Numbered from the whole stretch's first letter, positions 1 through 9,958 are shown. The stretch: DNA of 47,878 bases, filler included, from an uncultured virus (IMG/VR IMGVR_UViG_2512564001_000010) (6 parts of one record of this genome joined end to end with filler, not necessarily neighbours in it); one strand, 5' to 3'. Translations and numbers: made by a program. Notes: generated by a model from the letters alone, not told the origin.

Positions 1-1254
1 TTATGCATAAACAGGAAACTGCTGGCACATCAACAATACTTTTTGTTTTACATTTTGGATCACACTTTCATCATCAATCTTGTCCAAAATATCACATATC
101 CAATTGGCCAATTCAGCTGATTCTTTTTCCTTAAACCCACGACGAGTAATGGCAGGTGACCCTATACGAATACCGGAAGTAACAAATGGGCCCTTAGGAT
201 CATTCGGTACACTATTTTTATTGACAGTAATATTAGCACGACCCAGTGCGGCATCTGCCTCTTTACCGGTGATCCCTTTATCCACTAAATCTAATAAAAA
301 TAAATGATTTTCAGTTCCACCAGAAACAACCTTGTAGCCACGCTTGATAAAAACTTCAACCATCGTTTTCGCATTTTTAGCCACTTGCTGTTGATAAGTT
401 TTAAATTCAGGCTCCATCGCTTCTTTTAATGCAACCGCTTTACCCGCAATAACATGCATTAATGGACCGCCTTGAGCGCCAGGGAATACAGCAGAATTTA
501 GCTTTTTGTAAAACGCTTCATCACCACCTTTAGCCAAAATCAAACCACCACGAGGGCCGGCCAAAGTCTTATGGGTAGTAGTCGTCACAACATGCGCATG
601 AGGAACAGGATTAGGATAAACACCAGCAGCGATCAAACCCGCGACATGCGCCATATCAACAAATAAATAAGCACCTACACTATCTGCAATTTGACGCATC
701 TTAGCCCAATCTACCACGCCGGAATAAGCAGAAAAACCGCCAATAATCATTTTAGGTTTATATTTTTGTGCCTGAGTAGCTATATCGTCGTAATCAATTT
801 TTCCTTTTTCATCGATACCATAAGGAACGATATTATAAAGTTTACCGGAAAAATTGACGGGTGAGCCGTGGGTTAAATGTCCACCATGTGCCAAATTCAT
901 GCCTAACACAGTATCACCGGGTTGCAATAAGGCCATATAAACAGCAGTATTAGCTTGCGAACCTGAGTGTGGCTGAACATTAGCAAAATCCGCATCAAAT
1001 AAAGTTTTCGCCCGATCAATAGCAAGTTGTTCAACAATATCAACATATTCACAACCACCATAATAGCGCTTACCTGGATAGCCTTCAGCGTATTTATTCG
1101 TAAGTTGGGAACCTTGAGCCTGCATGACTCTTGGACTGGTATAATTTTCTGAAGCGATTAACTCAATATGCTCTTCCTGACGCTTAACTTCATTTTCCAT
1201 TGCTTGCCATAGTTCTTGGTCATAATCTGCAATACTCATTTCACGCTTTAACAT
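1..1254 (-). CDS. glyA: Serine hydroxymethyltransferase
   Basis: 417 aa; [22 protein letters not shown] and PLP-lysine motif TTTHKTL. Confidence 0.99.
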   Translation of the reverse strand: MLKREMSIADYDQELWQAMENEVKRQEEHIELIASENYTSPRVMQAQGSQLTNKYAEGYPGKRYYGGCEYVDIVEQLAIDRAKTLFDADFANVQPHSGSQANTAVYMALLQPGDTVLGMNLAHGGHLTHGSPVNFSGKLYNIVPYGIDEKGKIDYDDIATQAQKYKPKMIIGGFSAYSGVVDWAKMRQIADSVGAYLFVDMAHVAGLIAAGVYPNPVPHAHVVTTTTHKTLAGPRGGLILAKGGDEAFYKKLNSAVFPGAQGGPLMHVIAGKAVALKEAMEPEFKTYQQQVAKNAKTMVEVFIKRGYKVVSGGTENHLFLLDLVDKGITGKEADAALGRANITVNKNSVPNDPKGPFVTSGIRIGSPAITRRGFKEKESAELANWICDILDKIDDESVIQNVKQKVLLMCQQFPVYA

Positions 1255-1359
1255 TTACTTCTCCTGACTCAGCCACATTTTAAATCGCTATTCAATTAAA
1301 TGAATAGCACACAGTGTAAACTCTTTTAGCTCACTGAGATAGCCCCAAAATAAAAAATT

Positions 1360-1375
1360 ACGCAAACGATTGCTA
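1360..1375. promoter_or_regulatory. PurR operator upstream of glyA
   Basis: ACGCAAACGATTGCTA resembles the PurR consensus ACGCAAACGTTT(G/T)CNT; glyA is a known PurR target in enterobacteria. Confidence 0.75.
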
Positions 1376-1489
1376 TGTATGTATTATCAAATATAGACAT
1401 TTCTCAATAGCGATTTGATCGCCAATTAAAATACGCTAACTCAATCTCATTTTTACAATTAATTATTTACTTTTAACCTGAAACAATTT

Positions 1490-1512
1490 AAGTTGCATTT
1501 AAAATGCAACTT
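1490..1512. promoter_or_regulatory. NsrR operator upstream of hmp
   Basis: Perfect 11-1-11 palindrome AAGTTGCATTT-A-AAATGCAACTT, close to the NsrR consensus, 30 bp before the hmp ATG. Confidence 0.85.
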
Positions 1513-1542
1513 TAAGCCCTCAGTTAACTTTAGGAATTTTAT

Positions 1543-1602
1543 ATGATTGATTCTCAAACTATCGCCACCGTTAAATCAACTATTCCTCTTATTGTTGATT
1601 AG
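1543..1602 (+). pseudogene. hmp: 5' fragment of flavohemoglobin, truncated at the phage junction
   Basis: AGGA RBS then MIDSQTIATVKSTIPLIVD*, matching the Hmp N-terminus (E. coli MLDAQTIATVKATIPLLVE); divergent from glyA as in enterobacteria. Confidence 0.9.
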
Positions 1603-1720
1603 TAAAATTAAAATTATTACACATCAATAAGTTACACAATTATAGCTCGTTTAATATACGCATTTACAAGTAAAAACAAGCGATTTCACTCACTATAAAT
1701 CAATTACTTACAGCTTATAG
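1590..1720. other. Probable left attachment arm of the prophage
   Basis: hmp homology ends here; IHF-like sites CATCAATAAGTTA (1622-1634) and AATCAATTACTTA (1698-1710); no att core partner seen in the window. Confidence 0.5.
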
Positions 1721-1830
1721 TGATTGACAATTTTACCTATTTTTGGCTGAAATCTCAGTTTAAATTCACCCTCTTTTTTAATTCCCAAATAACCTTAATC
1801 ATTCGTTTCATTACGAATATAAAATACCCA

Positions 1831-1860
1831 TTGACGAAAGAAGAAATCATGCGCTATAGT
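1831..1860 (+). promoter_or_regulatory. Sigma70 promoter of c4-ant operon 1
   Basis: TTGACG-18 bp-TATAGT; 1823-1873 is identical to 45246-45296 (51 bp). Confidence 0.75.
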
Positions 1861-1885
1861 TTATTTGCATCTGATAAATCAGGTG

Positions 1886-1942
1886 TCGGGTTTGACAGCC
1901 CAAAAGCTTAGGCGCACGACGCCATTAAGAGGCGTTTTTTTA
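1886..1942 (+). promoter_or_regulatory. c4 a1/b1 target leader with intrinsic terminator
   Basis: a1 TTGACAG (1892-1898), b1 AGCTTAGG (1905-1912), then hairpin ACGCC/GGCGT plus T-run. Confidence 0.7.
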
Positions 1943-1951
1943 TGCTCAATT

Positions 1952-2033
1952 AATGGTGGATCGTGCGTGGGAGAGAATTATCTCTGCCGGATCCCTAAGC
2001 TCCGGTCTGTCAACCCGCGTACGGTCTACCGCC
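1952..2033 (+). ncRNA. C4-type antisense RNA (P1 c4 / P4 CI family), copy 1
   Basis: Multi-stem fold (GGTGGATCGTGCG/CGTACGGTCTACC closing stem); loop sequences CCTAAGCT (1994-2001) and CTGTCAA (2007-2013) are exact complements of upstream and downstream targets. Confidence 0.8.
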
Positions 2034-2085
2034 CATCGTTTGACAGCGATTTTGGTAGGCTCCATAAAGCTTAGGAGTCAAAATA

Positions 2086-2841
2086 ATGAAAAATCTCAGT
2101 CCTGTTTTATTTAATTTTCATAATAATACTGTTCGTGTTTTATTGATAAACGATCAACCTTGGTTTGTTGCCTCTGATATTTCAAATTCCCTTAAGTATC
2201 TTTCAGCAAAGGATATGGTACGTAATTTAGATGATGACGAAAAGGATAGGCATATTGTGCCCACCCTTGGCGGAAATCAAGAAATGTTAATAATCAATGA
2301 ATCTGGACTATATTCATCTATACTACGTAGCCGTAAGCCAGAAGCTAAGCTTTTTAAAAAATGGGTAACAAATGAAGTTCTCCCCTCGATCCGCAAAACT
2401 GGCAGATATGAGCATCCTCCATACCAACCCGAAGCTCATGAAAAGTTCAGCAGCAAAGATACCCAAAATCTCGCTCGTATCATTTCCCTCATGACGCAAA
2501 ACTTTCGTTTCAGAGATGCATGGAATAATGCTATCTGGTATGCATTGAGAGAAGTCACCGGCATTCCCTCACCTTACCCAATGGAAGTCAGACTAGTCCC
2601 TTCTATCGCTTCTGAATGTGAGCGTATCTGGCATGTAACGGAAGCGCTTCAAGATGTGATAGCTGATGCAGAAAAAACAGCGATTAAACGAATTATTCGC
2701 AAACGTGAGAATGCAGATAGAGTTATCGCTGAGATTGAAACTTTGTTATCTCAGACTACACAGGATAACCAGCTAATGCTAAATGGTGCGCTATCAAACT
2801 GGCATAAAGCGGAATTGACCCACTTCCTCCAACGCTGCTAA
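2086..2841 (+). CDS. BRO-N domain antirepressor-like protein
   Basis: PWFVASD...INESGLYSSILRSRKPEAKLFKKWVTNEVLPSIRKTGRY; paralog of 45536-46354. Confidence 0.9.
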   Translation: MKNLSPVLFNFHNNTVRVLLINDQPWFVASDISNSLKYLSAKDMVRNLDDDEKDRHIVPTLGGNQEMLIINESGLYSSILRSRKPEAKLFKKWVTNEVLPSIRKTGRYEHPPYQPEAHEKFSSKDTQNLARIISLMTQNFRFRDAWNNAIWYALREVTGIPSPYPMEVRLVPSIASECERIWHVTEALQDVIADAEKTAIKRIIRKRENADRVIAEIETLLSQTTQDNQLMLNGALSNWHKAELTHFLQRC

Positions 2842-2861
2842 TATGATGCCCTGTGATGGGG

Positions 2862-4271
2862 CTATTCTTTTTGCGCTTGCTGCTGATTCCAGATTGAATC
2901 AACTGGCATTTCTACCCTCACATCTAGCCATGTGGATGCGGGAATATCACATGGCTCCCCATCAGAGTAATAAACTGGTTTGCCGTCAATAATTTCTTTA
3001 ACCCGCCAGTTTTGAAAATCTTTAGGTAAATGGGTATGTTGTCGGTGAAATGTTTGAATCTCGATGCTACCATTAGATAGAATTTTATCTTTGATATAAA
3101 TCAGTTCCAGACCATTGCTATTTTTTGGCACCGATACCCCATTATTTATACCCCATCCACCGTCTGCGTTATAACCCATGACGCCGGAAATGAAATATTT
3201 ACCAACTTCTGTTCGTTGTACGTTGACGCCTTCTGATTCGTCGTTAGTTTCAAAGCTACCATCTGGTTGAATTTTAACTATTGGTGATGATTTTTTAAAA
3301 TATCCGTTAGAATCTGCCCTCATTTTAGGAATATCAGATGTTAACGCTACAGTTCCCGCTTTTTCAGGGAAATAAATACTAAATTTACCGATTTTTTCAA
3401 AATATGAACGTTGGTCATTATTATTAGAACCTATTCGCCAAGTATTACCATTAGCTGCGATTAATTCTATATATCCATGAGTAGTTGGGGATTTAACCTG
3501 TAATGTAGGCGCTGTTATTCCTGTAGGATTATTAGTTAAAGCCAGTGTGCCATTTTTATTTGATGGAATGGTGACAACGGCTTTATTGTTATTTTTAGCA
3601 TCTCTATACACGAAATAGGCATCGCCAGGGGCAGTTTCGAGTAACAGTTTATTCCCATCACCTTTGATAAGGGTCAAGCTGGTATAATTACCGTTACTCT
3701 TTATATTTATCTGCCCAGCAGTGAATTTTTCCCAGGAATCTTTCTTGGCATAGAACTCTTCACAGGCTTTTTGGCTTATCACTTTATCTGTGGCATTGCC
3801 TGTCGTTTGTAATACGCTTGCTTTATCAAATTTTGTTTCTAATTTTTCGCTTATTTTTTCAATAAGTTCTTGTAGCGCATTAATAGACTCTAATTTAACT
3901 GTTTTACCACTCGGCAACGTGATTTCAACGACACCGTTGTCCCCCATCCAGGTATCCATGTTTTGCAGGAAGTAAAGGATATAAGTGTTAGCTGCAACCA
4001 GTGCTCTTGCCGCATCACTATTATTATTTGGCTCAGTGAGATTAATGCTGTAAGTGGTATCTGTTGCGCTAAAAGTCGGCTTATCTGCTAACGTTAATTC
4101 AGTATCACTGTTGACTGACAGAATCATGTACGGATAGTTAGTATCACCGTTTTTAATCAGCATTAACATGCCAGGTGATACCAACGGATTATTACTATTC
4201 CATTTCGTGCCTGTGCCTTTGACAATAGAAGAGCCTGACACGACGGTTACGGTGCCATCATTGTATATCAT
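2862..4271 (-). CDS. Phage tail fiber protein
   Basis: N-terminal YNDGTVTVVSGSSIVKGTGTKW and C-terminal KKSSPIVKI...PCDIPASTWLDVRVEMP, typical of enterobacterial siphophage side fibers. Confidence 0.85.
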   Translation of the reverse strand: MIYNDGTVTVVSGSSIVKGTGTKWNSNNPLVSPGMLMLIKNGDTNYPYMILSVNSDTELTLADKPTFSATDTTYSINLTEPNNNSDAARALVAANTYILYFLQNMDTWMGDNGVVEITLPSGKTVKLESINALQELIEKISEKLETKFDKASVLQTTGNATDKVISQKACEEFYAKKDSWEKFTAGQINIKSNGNYTSLTLIKGDGNKLLLETAPGDAYFVYRDAKNNNKAVVTIPSNKNGTLALTNNPTGITAPTLQVKSPTTHGYIELIAANGNTWRIGSNNNDQRSYFEKIGKFSIYFPEKAGTVALTSDIPKMRADSNGYFKKSSPIVKIQPDGSFETNDESEGVNVQRTEVGKYFISGVMGYNADGGWGINNGVSVPKNSNGLELIYIKDKILSNGSIEIQTFHRQHTHLPKDFQNWRVKEIIDGKPVYYSDGEPCDIPASTWLDVRVEMPVDSIWNQQQAQKE

Positions 4272-4280
4272 AATTTTTCT

Positions 4281-5312
4281 CTAGAAATAAAGGTCAAAGT
4301 CAATAACGTATGATGGAGTGCTATAAGTTATATCATCAATAGCTGATGTATCTACAAACACCCATTCCAAATTCCTTCCCTGCTGAATAGTTATTGTATT
4401 TCCTTGAAAACGATAACCACCAGCTTTGCAATATGTCCAGTCCTGATAGACGCGATCTATCATTTCTGCACATTCATTTGCTTGTAACATTGGGCGAGCA
4501 AATGGTGTAGTTACACCCCATTGAGTTAAGGTTATATTAGCGCCTACTAAAAACGGCAAATAATTAGATGAATAACTTAATGTACCTTTTGTATTATAAA
4601 TATGTAGACCATAATCTGCTGGTACTAGTGTAAAGTCAGTAGTAAATACAAGCACGTAAATATCAGTCTGTGCATTGCTATAAATGTTTTTATTGTCACG
4701 TGAAATGGAAACGACAGCATTTTGATTTGTCGGACGGATGAAAACTAAACTTTTATCAATACTTGGAACAGTGCTAGGTATAGCATAAGTGCCATTAGCG
4801 CTTATTGATATTTTCTTTCTAAAAACACAATATCCCAACTTTGATTGCTGAGTGATCTCTACTGCGTTACCTAAACCTCCAATGAATAATCCATAGTCTC
4901 CACTCGTCGCTTGTTTCGGATAGCCATAAACATCTATTTTATACACATTTTCGTACTGTTCACCGTACAAAAATGTTCCTCGATCTGACACCCCCCCTCC
5001 TGGGCCACCCCAAAACCAGTGGATACCCCAACGATCCCAATTGCACTTTAATTGATTTCCTTCAACGCGTATATTTTCAAGTCTCAGTTGACGTACAGCA
5101 TAACTTCTGGATACTTGATAAAGTCTAGATATGACTTTAGGGACGATTATTAGATTATATTTATCTGCTTCAGGAATGGTGAAGCTATGATCTCTTTTTT
5201 TTAGATCGTGGTTATTTGTACTTAAAAGTTTTGTCAGTATTCGACTTTTACTGGTTATTTCAAAGGTTTTAAAACCGTCATTCAAATCAACAAACAAACC
5301 GTAATCTGACAT
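4281..5312 (-). CDS. Tail tip / fiber-associated protein (DUF6453-like)
   Basis: Repeated DYGL motifs; lies between the J-like gene and the fiber; AT-rich. Confidence 0.6.
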   Translation of the reverse strand: MSDYGLFVDLNDGFKTFEITSKSRILTKLLSTNNHDLKKRDHSFTIPEADKYNLIIVPKVISRLYQVSRSYAVRQLRLENIRVEGNQLKCNWDRWGIHWFWGGPGGGVSDRGTFLYGEQYENVYKIDVYGYPKQATSGDYGLFIGGLGNAVEITQQSKLGYCVFRKKISISANGTYAIPSTVPSIDKSLVFIRPTNQNAVVSISRDNKNIYSNAQTDIYVLVFTTDFTLVPADYGLHIYNTKGTLSYSSNYLPFLVGANITLTQWGVTTPFARPMLQANECAEMIDRVYQDWTYCKAGGYRFQGNTITIQQGRNLEWVFVDTSAIDDITYSTPSYVIDFDLYF

Positions 5313-5904
5313 TATGGCCTCCTGCCTAGTTTTATTACCCCACCAGAAGCGGGATAAACGGCAAGCCCGGTATTATCTAACACAATTTTTGAGGCATCTC
5401 CCATGATTTTAAAGTCTTTATTAATGAGTAAGCGATTAAACTCTGCGATACCGGTTTCACCATCTATCTTGAAACCGGTGTCTCCCGCCTGATAATTTTT
5501 TGACTGAATAACAGAGCCGATTAATAATTCTTCAATCGTTCCTTTATCAATAAATATTGTGCGTAAAAAAACCTGCCCATTTCTAATAGCAAAAACGGGC
5601 TCCATCTTGCCATTAGCCGGATTGTAGACGATGAAAGTTTGGGCACTAAAGCCAATTTGCGTACTGACTTTGCCGTTTTTAAGCTCCGCACCAATGACCA
5701 TTCCTGCATCATAAGAGACGCCGTCATAAACAATCTTGACTAACGATGTCCAGGTGGCAGAAGCCTCACCCTTTTTCATGTCATATTTGGCTTGTAGCGA
5801 GTTCTGCGCCGCTGCCCATGACTTATCCGCTGTCGCTCTGACCTGATGGATAGACTCGGCTAAAGCTTTGGTCTCTGTTACCACATAATTATCAACCCTG
5901 ACAA
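5312..5904 (-). CDS. Central tail fiber / host-specificity J-like protein, C-terminal part (cut by gap)
   Basis: AGMVIGAE...FIVYNP...PVFAIRNGQVFL...IQSKNY...GFKID (DUF1983-like). Confidence 0.8.
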
Positions 5905-6004
5905 NNNNNNNNNNNNNNNNNNNNNNNNNNNNNNNNNNNNNNNNNNNNTTAATTAATTAANNNNNNNNNNNNNNNNNNNNNNNNNNNNNNNNNNNNNNNN
6001 NNNN

Positions 6005-7717
6005 TCCCGTATCCAGGGTTACCCCTGAACTTTTTTGCGGGGAGGCATACAGTTTGTCCAGTCCTTTCAGCGCTTGGGTGTATTCATTTAATGTTAAACT
6101 GCCCTCTTTATAGCGCTGGTTGATTTCCTGCTGAATTCTGGCTCTTTCTTTCAGCGGATCTTTACCCGCATTAATGGCCGCATTAATTTGTGCAGCGGTT
6201 TCGATGGTATGAATGGCGAACTGACTTTCCGTTTTAATTTGTGCTTCGCGCTCTTCGCGTTGTTTGATGTAAATCGCTTCCTGCTTATCCTTTTCTTTTT
6301 GCAACACCTGATTATACAGTGTCAGACTTTGTGTTGATGCCGCCATCAACACCTTAAAACTGCCGGTTAGACTATCGAGTGATTTTTTATGTGCCTGCGC
6401 TAAACGATCACTCTCTTTAATATTCTCCTGATACTGTTTTTCATAGGCGGTTCTTGCAAGCTCCTTCGCCTCTTCGGTTTGCCCGCGTCTTTCTAAGGCA
6501 GCAATTTGCTCGTAAATCGATTGCGTTAATACCACCCCTTCTGCTGCGTAATTTCGCAAGGCTTTTAACGGTTGGTCACCAATTGCCGATAGCTTACTGA
6601 CCAACATATCGACACTACCGCCCGACTCCTCAAGTTTAGCCCCAAACTCCGCTACGTCTTCCAGTAGCTTACCGGTAAACCCTGCACTGGCGGCAGAAGT
6701 CAGCGCTTTATAGGCTTCAGCTGTCCCGCCTAGTCGGTCGGCTAACAGATTCAACTCAACCGTTGTCGTCGATAAAAATAATCCGCCTTTTTGAATGGCC
6801 GCATAAAAAGACTTTTGCCTTTCTTCGGCTTCCTTAAACTGCGAATACAAATAAAATACTGACCCTGCGGTTGCCATCAAGCCAACATTGAGCGGCCCAC
6901 CCATCAGATTAATAAGATTACTGAAAGCGCCAGTTATTCCTCCGGTTACGCGCTGCAAAGCGGACAACTCCGTATTTGCAGCGGCAAGTTGCTGCTTGGC
7001 TAAAGCTAATTGTCGCGTGCCCGCCGTTTCCGCTGCTTGCGCTGTCGTTAATTGCGCAGAAGCGGCGGCGGCTTTTTGATTTGCGCTGACTTCAGCCAGA
7101 TTTGCTTCGGCGATCGTTCTGGCGTTTGCCGCATTTTGCGCCGCATATGCCTTTTCAATTTCAGCCGTATTCAGTCCATTTTGGGCGTTGACCGCGCGCA
7201 TCTTCTCAAGGTATTCATCAGAAGCCAACGCCTGTTCACGCTGCGCGATAGCCTGTGCTTTCATGGCTTGCGCGGTTTTTAATCCCTGCTGCGCACGGGT
7301 GGCATCTGCTTTGGCAGCCTCAATCGTAGACTGTGCATAATCTACCGCACTTTGTGCAGCGTCTTTCGCCATCTGCCGTTGAGTATCGAAAGTCGTGCCA
7401 TGCGCTGAGCCAAACAATCGTTCAAAAGCGGGTACCAACGCGTTTGAAATCGTACTGGCAGCTACATTGCTGCCAGAAACCAGTTCCGTTAACACATGGT
7501 GAAGTTGACCAAAGCCTTGTGCCGCTTGACCGCTAGAACGCTTTGCTTGTGTGGCCATTTGGTTAATGGCGCGAGCACTTGCATTTGAACTGCTTTCAAC
7601 CTGACGGGTGAATTTACGGGATTCATTCGCCGCAGTACTGTAAGCATCAGTTAGCTGTGATTTAAAACTGGCTGCATTTAAATGCAATGCTACAGCCAGA
7701 CTGGCGACATCAGCCAT
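6005..7717 (-). CDS. Tail tape measure protein (3' end lost in gap)
   Basis: MADVASLAVALHLNAASFKSQL start; Ala/Gln-rich helical; follows the chaperone genes. Confidence 0.9.
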
Positions 7718-7945
7718 TTAAAATCCTCATAATCGTATTACATTGCTGATTAACATCATCATGTGCAATAACTTCATTTTCAGCCTTATAGGCACCGTCT
7801 GTTTCACTTTCAAGCAGAAAAAACGCTTGCCAGTACGTCAATATCTCGTTCGGTAAAGCCGCAATTTTGCGCGGGTCAGGTTCACCCCATCTATCCGCAA
7901 GTTGGAAAAGAAAGCGTAATCTAGCGGAATAGGTTAGTTTTTTTT
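7710..7945 (-). CDS. Tail assembly chaperone gpGT extension via -1 frameshift
   Basis: Slippery A AAA AAC at the end of gpG; the -1 frame reads LTYSARLRFLFQLADRWGEPDPRKIAALP...ILNG* and overlaps the tape measure start. Confidence 0.8.
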
Positions 7946-8281
7946 AGCATTATCCAAACTGCCACAACTAAATTGCTGAACAAACTTGAGGGCTTCGATT
8001 AATGATTGCGTGGATTTGGTAGCGATTAACTCCTCTGCGGTAGGCAATTCTTCAGCGGGTAAGGGTTTCCCTGCTTTATCGCAAAGTGTTTTTAAAATCA
8101 GGTTTGCTCCCGCAATACTTGCCTGTGTGTTAGAGCCGCTGTCTTGCGCCTGTTTTAACGCTTGCTCATACGTATCAAGCTCAGCAATGGTTAAGCGGCG
8201 CAGATAAACATCAACATCAAAAATAGCGTGTTTTTCAACATAACTATCCGGTGCCAATAAGCGTGCTTTAAGTGATGACAT
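7934..8281 (-). CDS. Tail assembly chaperone gpG
   Basis: VYLRRLTIAE motif; ends AKKN; canonical position upstream of the tape measure gene. Confidence 0.8.
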   Translation of the reverse strand: MSSLKARLLAPDSYVEKHAIFDVDVYLRRLTIAELDTYEQALKQAQDSGSNTQASIAGANLILKTLCDKAGKPLPAEELPTAEELIATKSTQSLIEALKFVQQFSCGSLDNAKKN

Positions 8282-8291
8282 GCTATTTACC

Positions 8292-8519
8292 TTATCCTTT
8301 TTCTTCTAGTGCTTTGACACGTTTAGTGAGCGCATCAAGTTCTGATGACAAATCCTTACCCGGTTCGCCTTTATCGCCTTTATCGCCCTTATCCCCTTTT
8401 TTGGGTAACGTATTAAGTGCTTCAAAGTTGTCATTGGTTTTACTAAAAGCATCACGTAAGGTGTCACCCGTTCCATCATCCGGTTTTGTGCCAATATTGA
8501 TTTTTTTGATTTCTACCAT
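8292..8519 (-). CDS. Small T4 gp9/gp10-like N-terminal motif + collagen-repeat protein (putative tail decoration)
   Basis: INIGTKPDDGTGDTLRDAFSKTNDNF, then GDKGDKGDKGEPGKD, then a coiled-coil end LTKRVKALE. Confidence 0.7.
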   Translation of the reverse strand: MVEIKKINIGTKPDDGTGDTLRDAFSKTNDNFEALNTLPKKGDKGDKGDKGEPGKDLSSELDALTKRVKALEEKG

Positions 8520-8571
8520 CAGTTTACTTTCCTATTGGTATTATCCGCCGTGAATTTTGTCGCATCGGCGG

Positions 8572-9030
8572 TTAAGGCTTTGGGGGTACTGTTCCCCAGG
8601 TGAGATTATTTTGCTTTCCTTTGACTGTAATCTGAATGACTTCACTGGCTGGCGCACTAATCTCATTCATCTCCCAGCCTGACAGGGCCAAGATCATCGT
8701 GGCTGTCCGTTTGTTGGGTAGCTCAATATAAAGTTGGACGGTTTCTCTATTTTGTGCCGCATTTAAAAATGCCGTAAAATTTTCATTTTCGGGATCATCA
8801 ATAAATCCGAGCGATTTCTCAGGGCCTTCAGGCAAATCAGCTATAAACTGCTTGTTCCGATCTATAAGCGTTGTGCAGTCTATAAAGCTTCCTGTTAATC
8901 CTGTTGCGCCTATTGCTCTACAGGTATCCAGAAGTTTCATTGCAGTCACTGCATCCCCTACTTTGCCAAATTTAACCACGGTACCTGCGGGGAGCGTAGC
9001 ATATTCTGGCGAGGTTTTGTTTTCAGACAT
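8572..9030 (-). CDS. Major tail tube protein (non-contractile)
   Basis: IDCTTLID...FIADLPEGPE...ELPN motifs; position after the gp10-like gene. Confidence 0.85.
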   Translation of the reverse strand: MSENKTSPEYATLPAGTVVKFGKVGDAVTAMKLLDTCRAIGATGLTGSFIDCTTLIDRNKQFIADLPEGPEKSLGFIDDPENENFTAFLNAAQNRETVQLYIELPNKRTATMILALSGWEMNEISAPASEVIQITVKGKQNNLTWGTVPPKP

Positions 9031-9045
9031 AATAACTCCTATTCG

Positions 9046-9459
9046 TTAACGGTGTTTTTCAATGCTGGCGCGAATTTCTGATGCTAAGGTATTAAGGATA
9101 AATTCACGGTGATAATCCAATGCGGGTCGGATAAAAGGGCGCGCTATCTGTTTAACCGTACCAAACTCTTGCGCACGCGCTTTCATCGCCTGTTTTTTTG
9201 AAGGTCCGACTCTAACGCTCATCACGGTTTGGGTGTGGCTATCCTTCATTTTGTCTGTCGTTCGTATTTTGATACTCTCTCGCATATGCTCGCCGGGGTT
9301 ACTTACATCAAACCCTGCATGGGCTTTCATATCGGCGAGCACCGGTTTCATCACTGTTTTACCTGCTTCGCGCAGAATGTTAATGGCTACTTCATCGCCC
9401 AATTTTTTTAATACCGATTCAAGATCGCTTAATCCTTTCACTTCGACTCGTGTTCTCAC
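9046..9459 (-). CDS. HK97 gp10-family neck/tail protein (GTG start)
   Basis: VEVKGLSDLE...QEFGTVKQIARPFIRPALD; GGAGG RBS before the GTG at 9459. Confidence 0.85.
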   Translation of the reverse strand: MRTRVEVKGLSDLESVLKKLGDEVAINILREAGKTVMKPVLADMKAHAGFDVSNPGEHMRESIKIRTTDKMKDSHTQTVMSVRVGPSKKQAMKARAQEFGTVKQIARPFIRPALDYHREFILNTLASEIRASIEKHR

Positions 9460-9744
9460 TTTGCATCCTCCGCATAGGTCAAAATAAAATCCCGCGTGAT
9501 CCGATAGCATGTTCGGTTTTCTGTCAGTTCTTCCCTGTCTTGAATTAAGTTACCGCGTTCAACATGTTGTACTGGATAGTCACCAAGATAACCGTGCTCA
9601 ATATTCTCCCATTCTTCCTTGATTTTTTCGCTTAGCGACAGGGCTTTTTCATAATCATTGAGTAGCTGAACCGTTATCTGATATCGCGCCTGTACGAGCG
9701 TTGTTTTTGCCAAACCCGTAAACATTTTAGGATCACTGATACGC
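9456..9744 (-). CDS. Tail terminator/completion protein (5' end in gap)
   Basis: RISDP...ARYQITV...YRITRDFILTY pattern; frame open into the gap. Confidence 0.7.
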
Positions 9745-9844
9745 NNNNNNNNNNNNNNNNNNNNNNNNNNNNNNNNNNNNNNNNNNNNTTAATTAATTAA
9801 NNNNNNNNNNNNNNNNNNNNNNNNNNNNNNNNNNNNNNNNNNNN

Positions 9845-9958
9845 GCGTTGAGTCAATCGTTTAACGTAGGGTCTATTCGTGTTTGATTTAACTCTTCGAT
9901 AACCTTGGCTATGTCTGAGCAATCCCTCAACCAACTGATTTATCTGATATTCGTCCAT
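9845..9958 (-). CDS. Small protein downstream of HNH (partial)
   Basis: MDEYQINQLVEGLLRHSQGY...; overlaps the HNH 3' end and is cut by the gap. Confidence 0.5.

Noticed and set aside
1823..1873. 51-bp direct repeat with 45246-45296 as attL/attR
   Set aside because: It is a promoter block internal to phage genes, and phage genes including xis continue beyond the second copy.
1865..2074. 69-aa ORF / Ash-like reading frames over the c4 region
   Set aside because: The equivalent frame in copy 2 has a stop (MVGWMGQP*); the conservation is explained by RNA structure.
2862..5312. Tail-fiber diversification by a DGR or invertible shufflon
   Set aside because: No reverse transcriptase, invertase, template repeat or inverted crossover sites were seen.
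5905..6004. TTAATTAATTAA palindrome within N runs (also at 9745-9844, 40515-40614, 43798-43897, 46847-46946)
   Set aside because: Artificial all-frame stop linker between contigs, not biological; it also means order across these joins is unverified.
6888..7536. Numerous short antisense ORFs in the track (here and within the head, tail, primase and polymerase genes)
   Set aside because: Shadow frames of well-supported genes, with no RBS or recognisable motifs.
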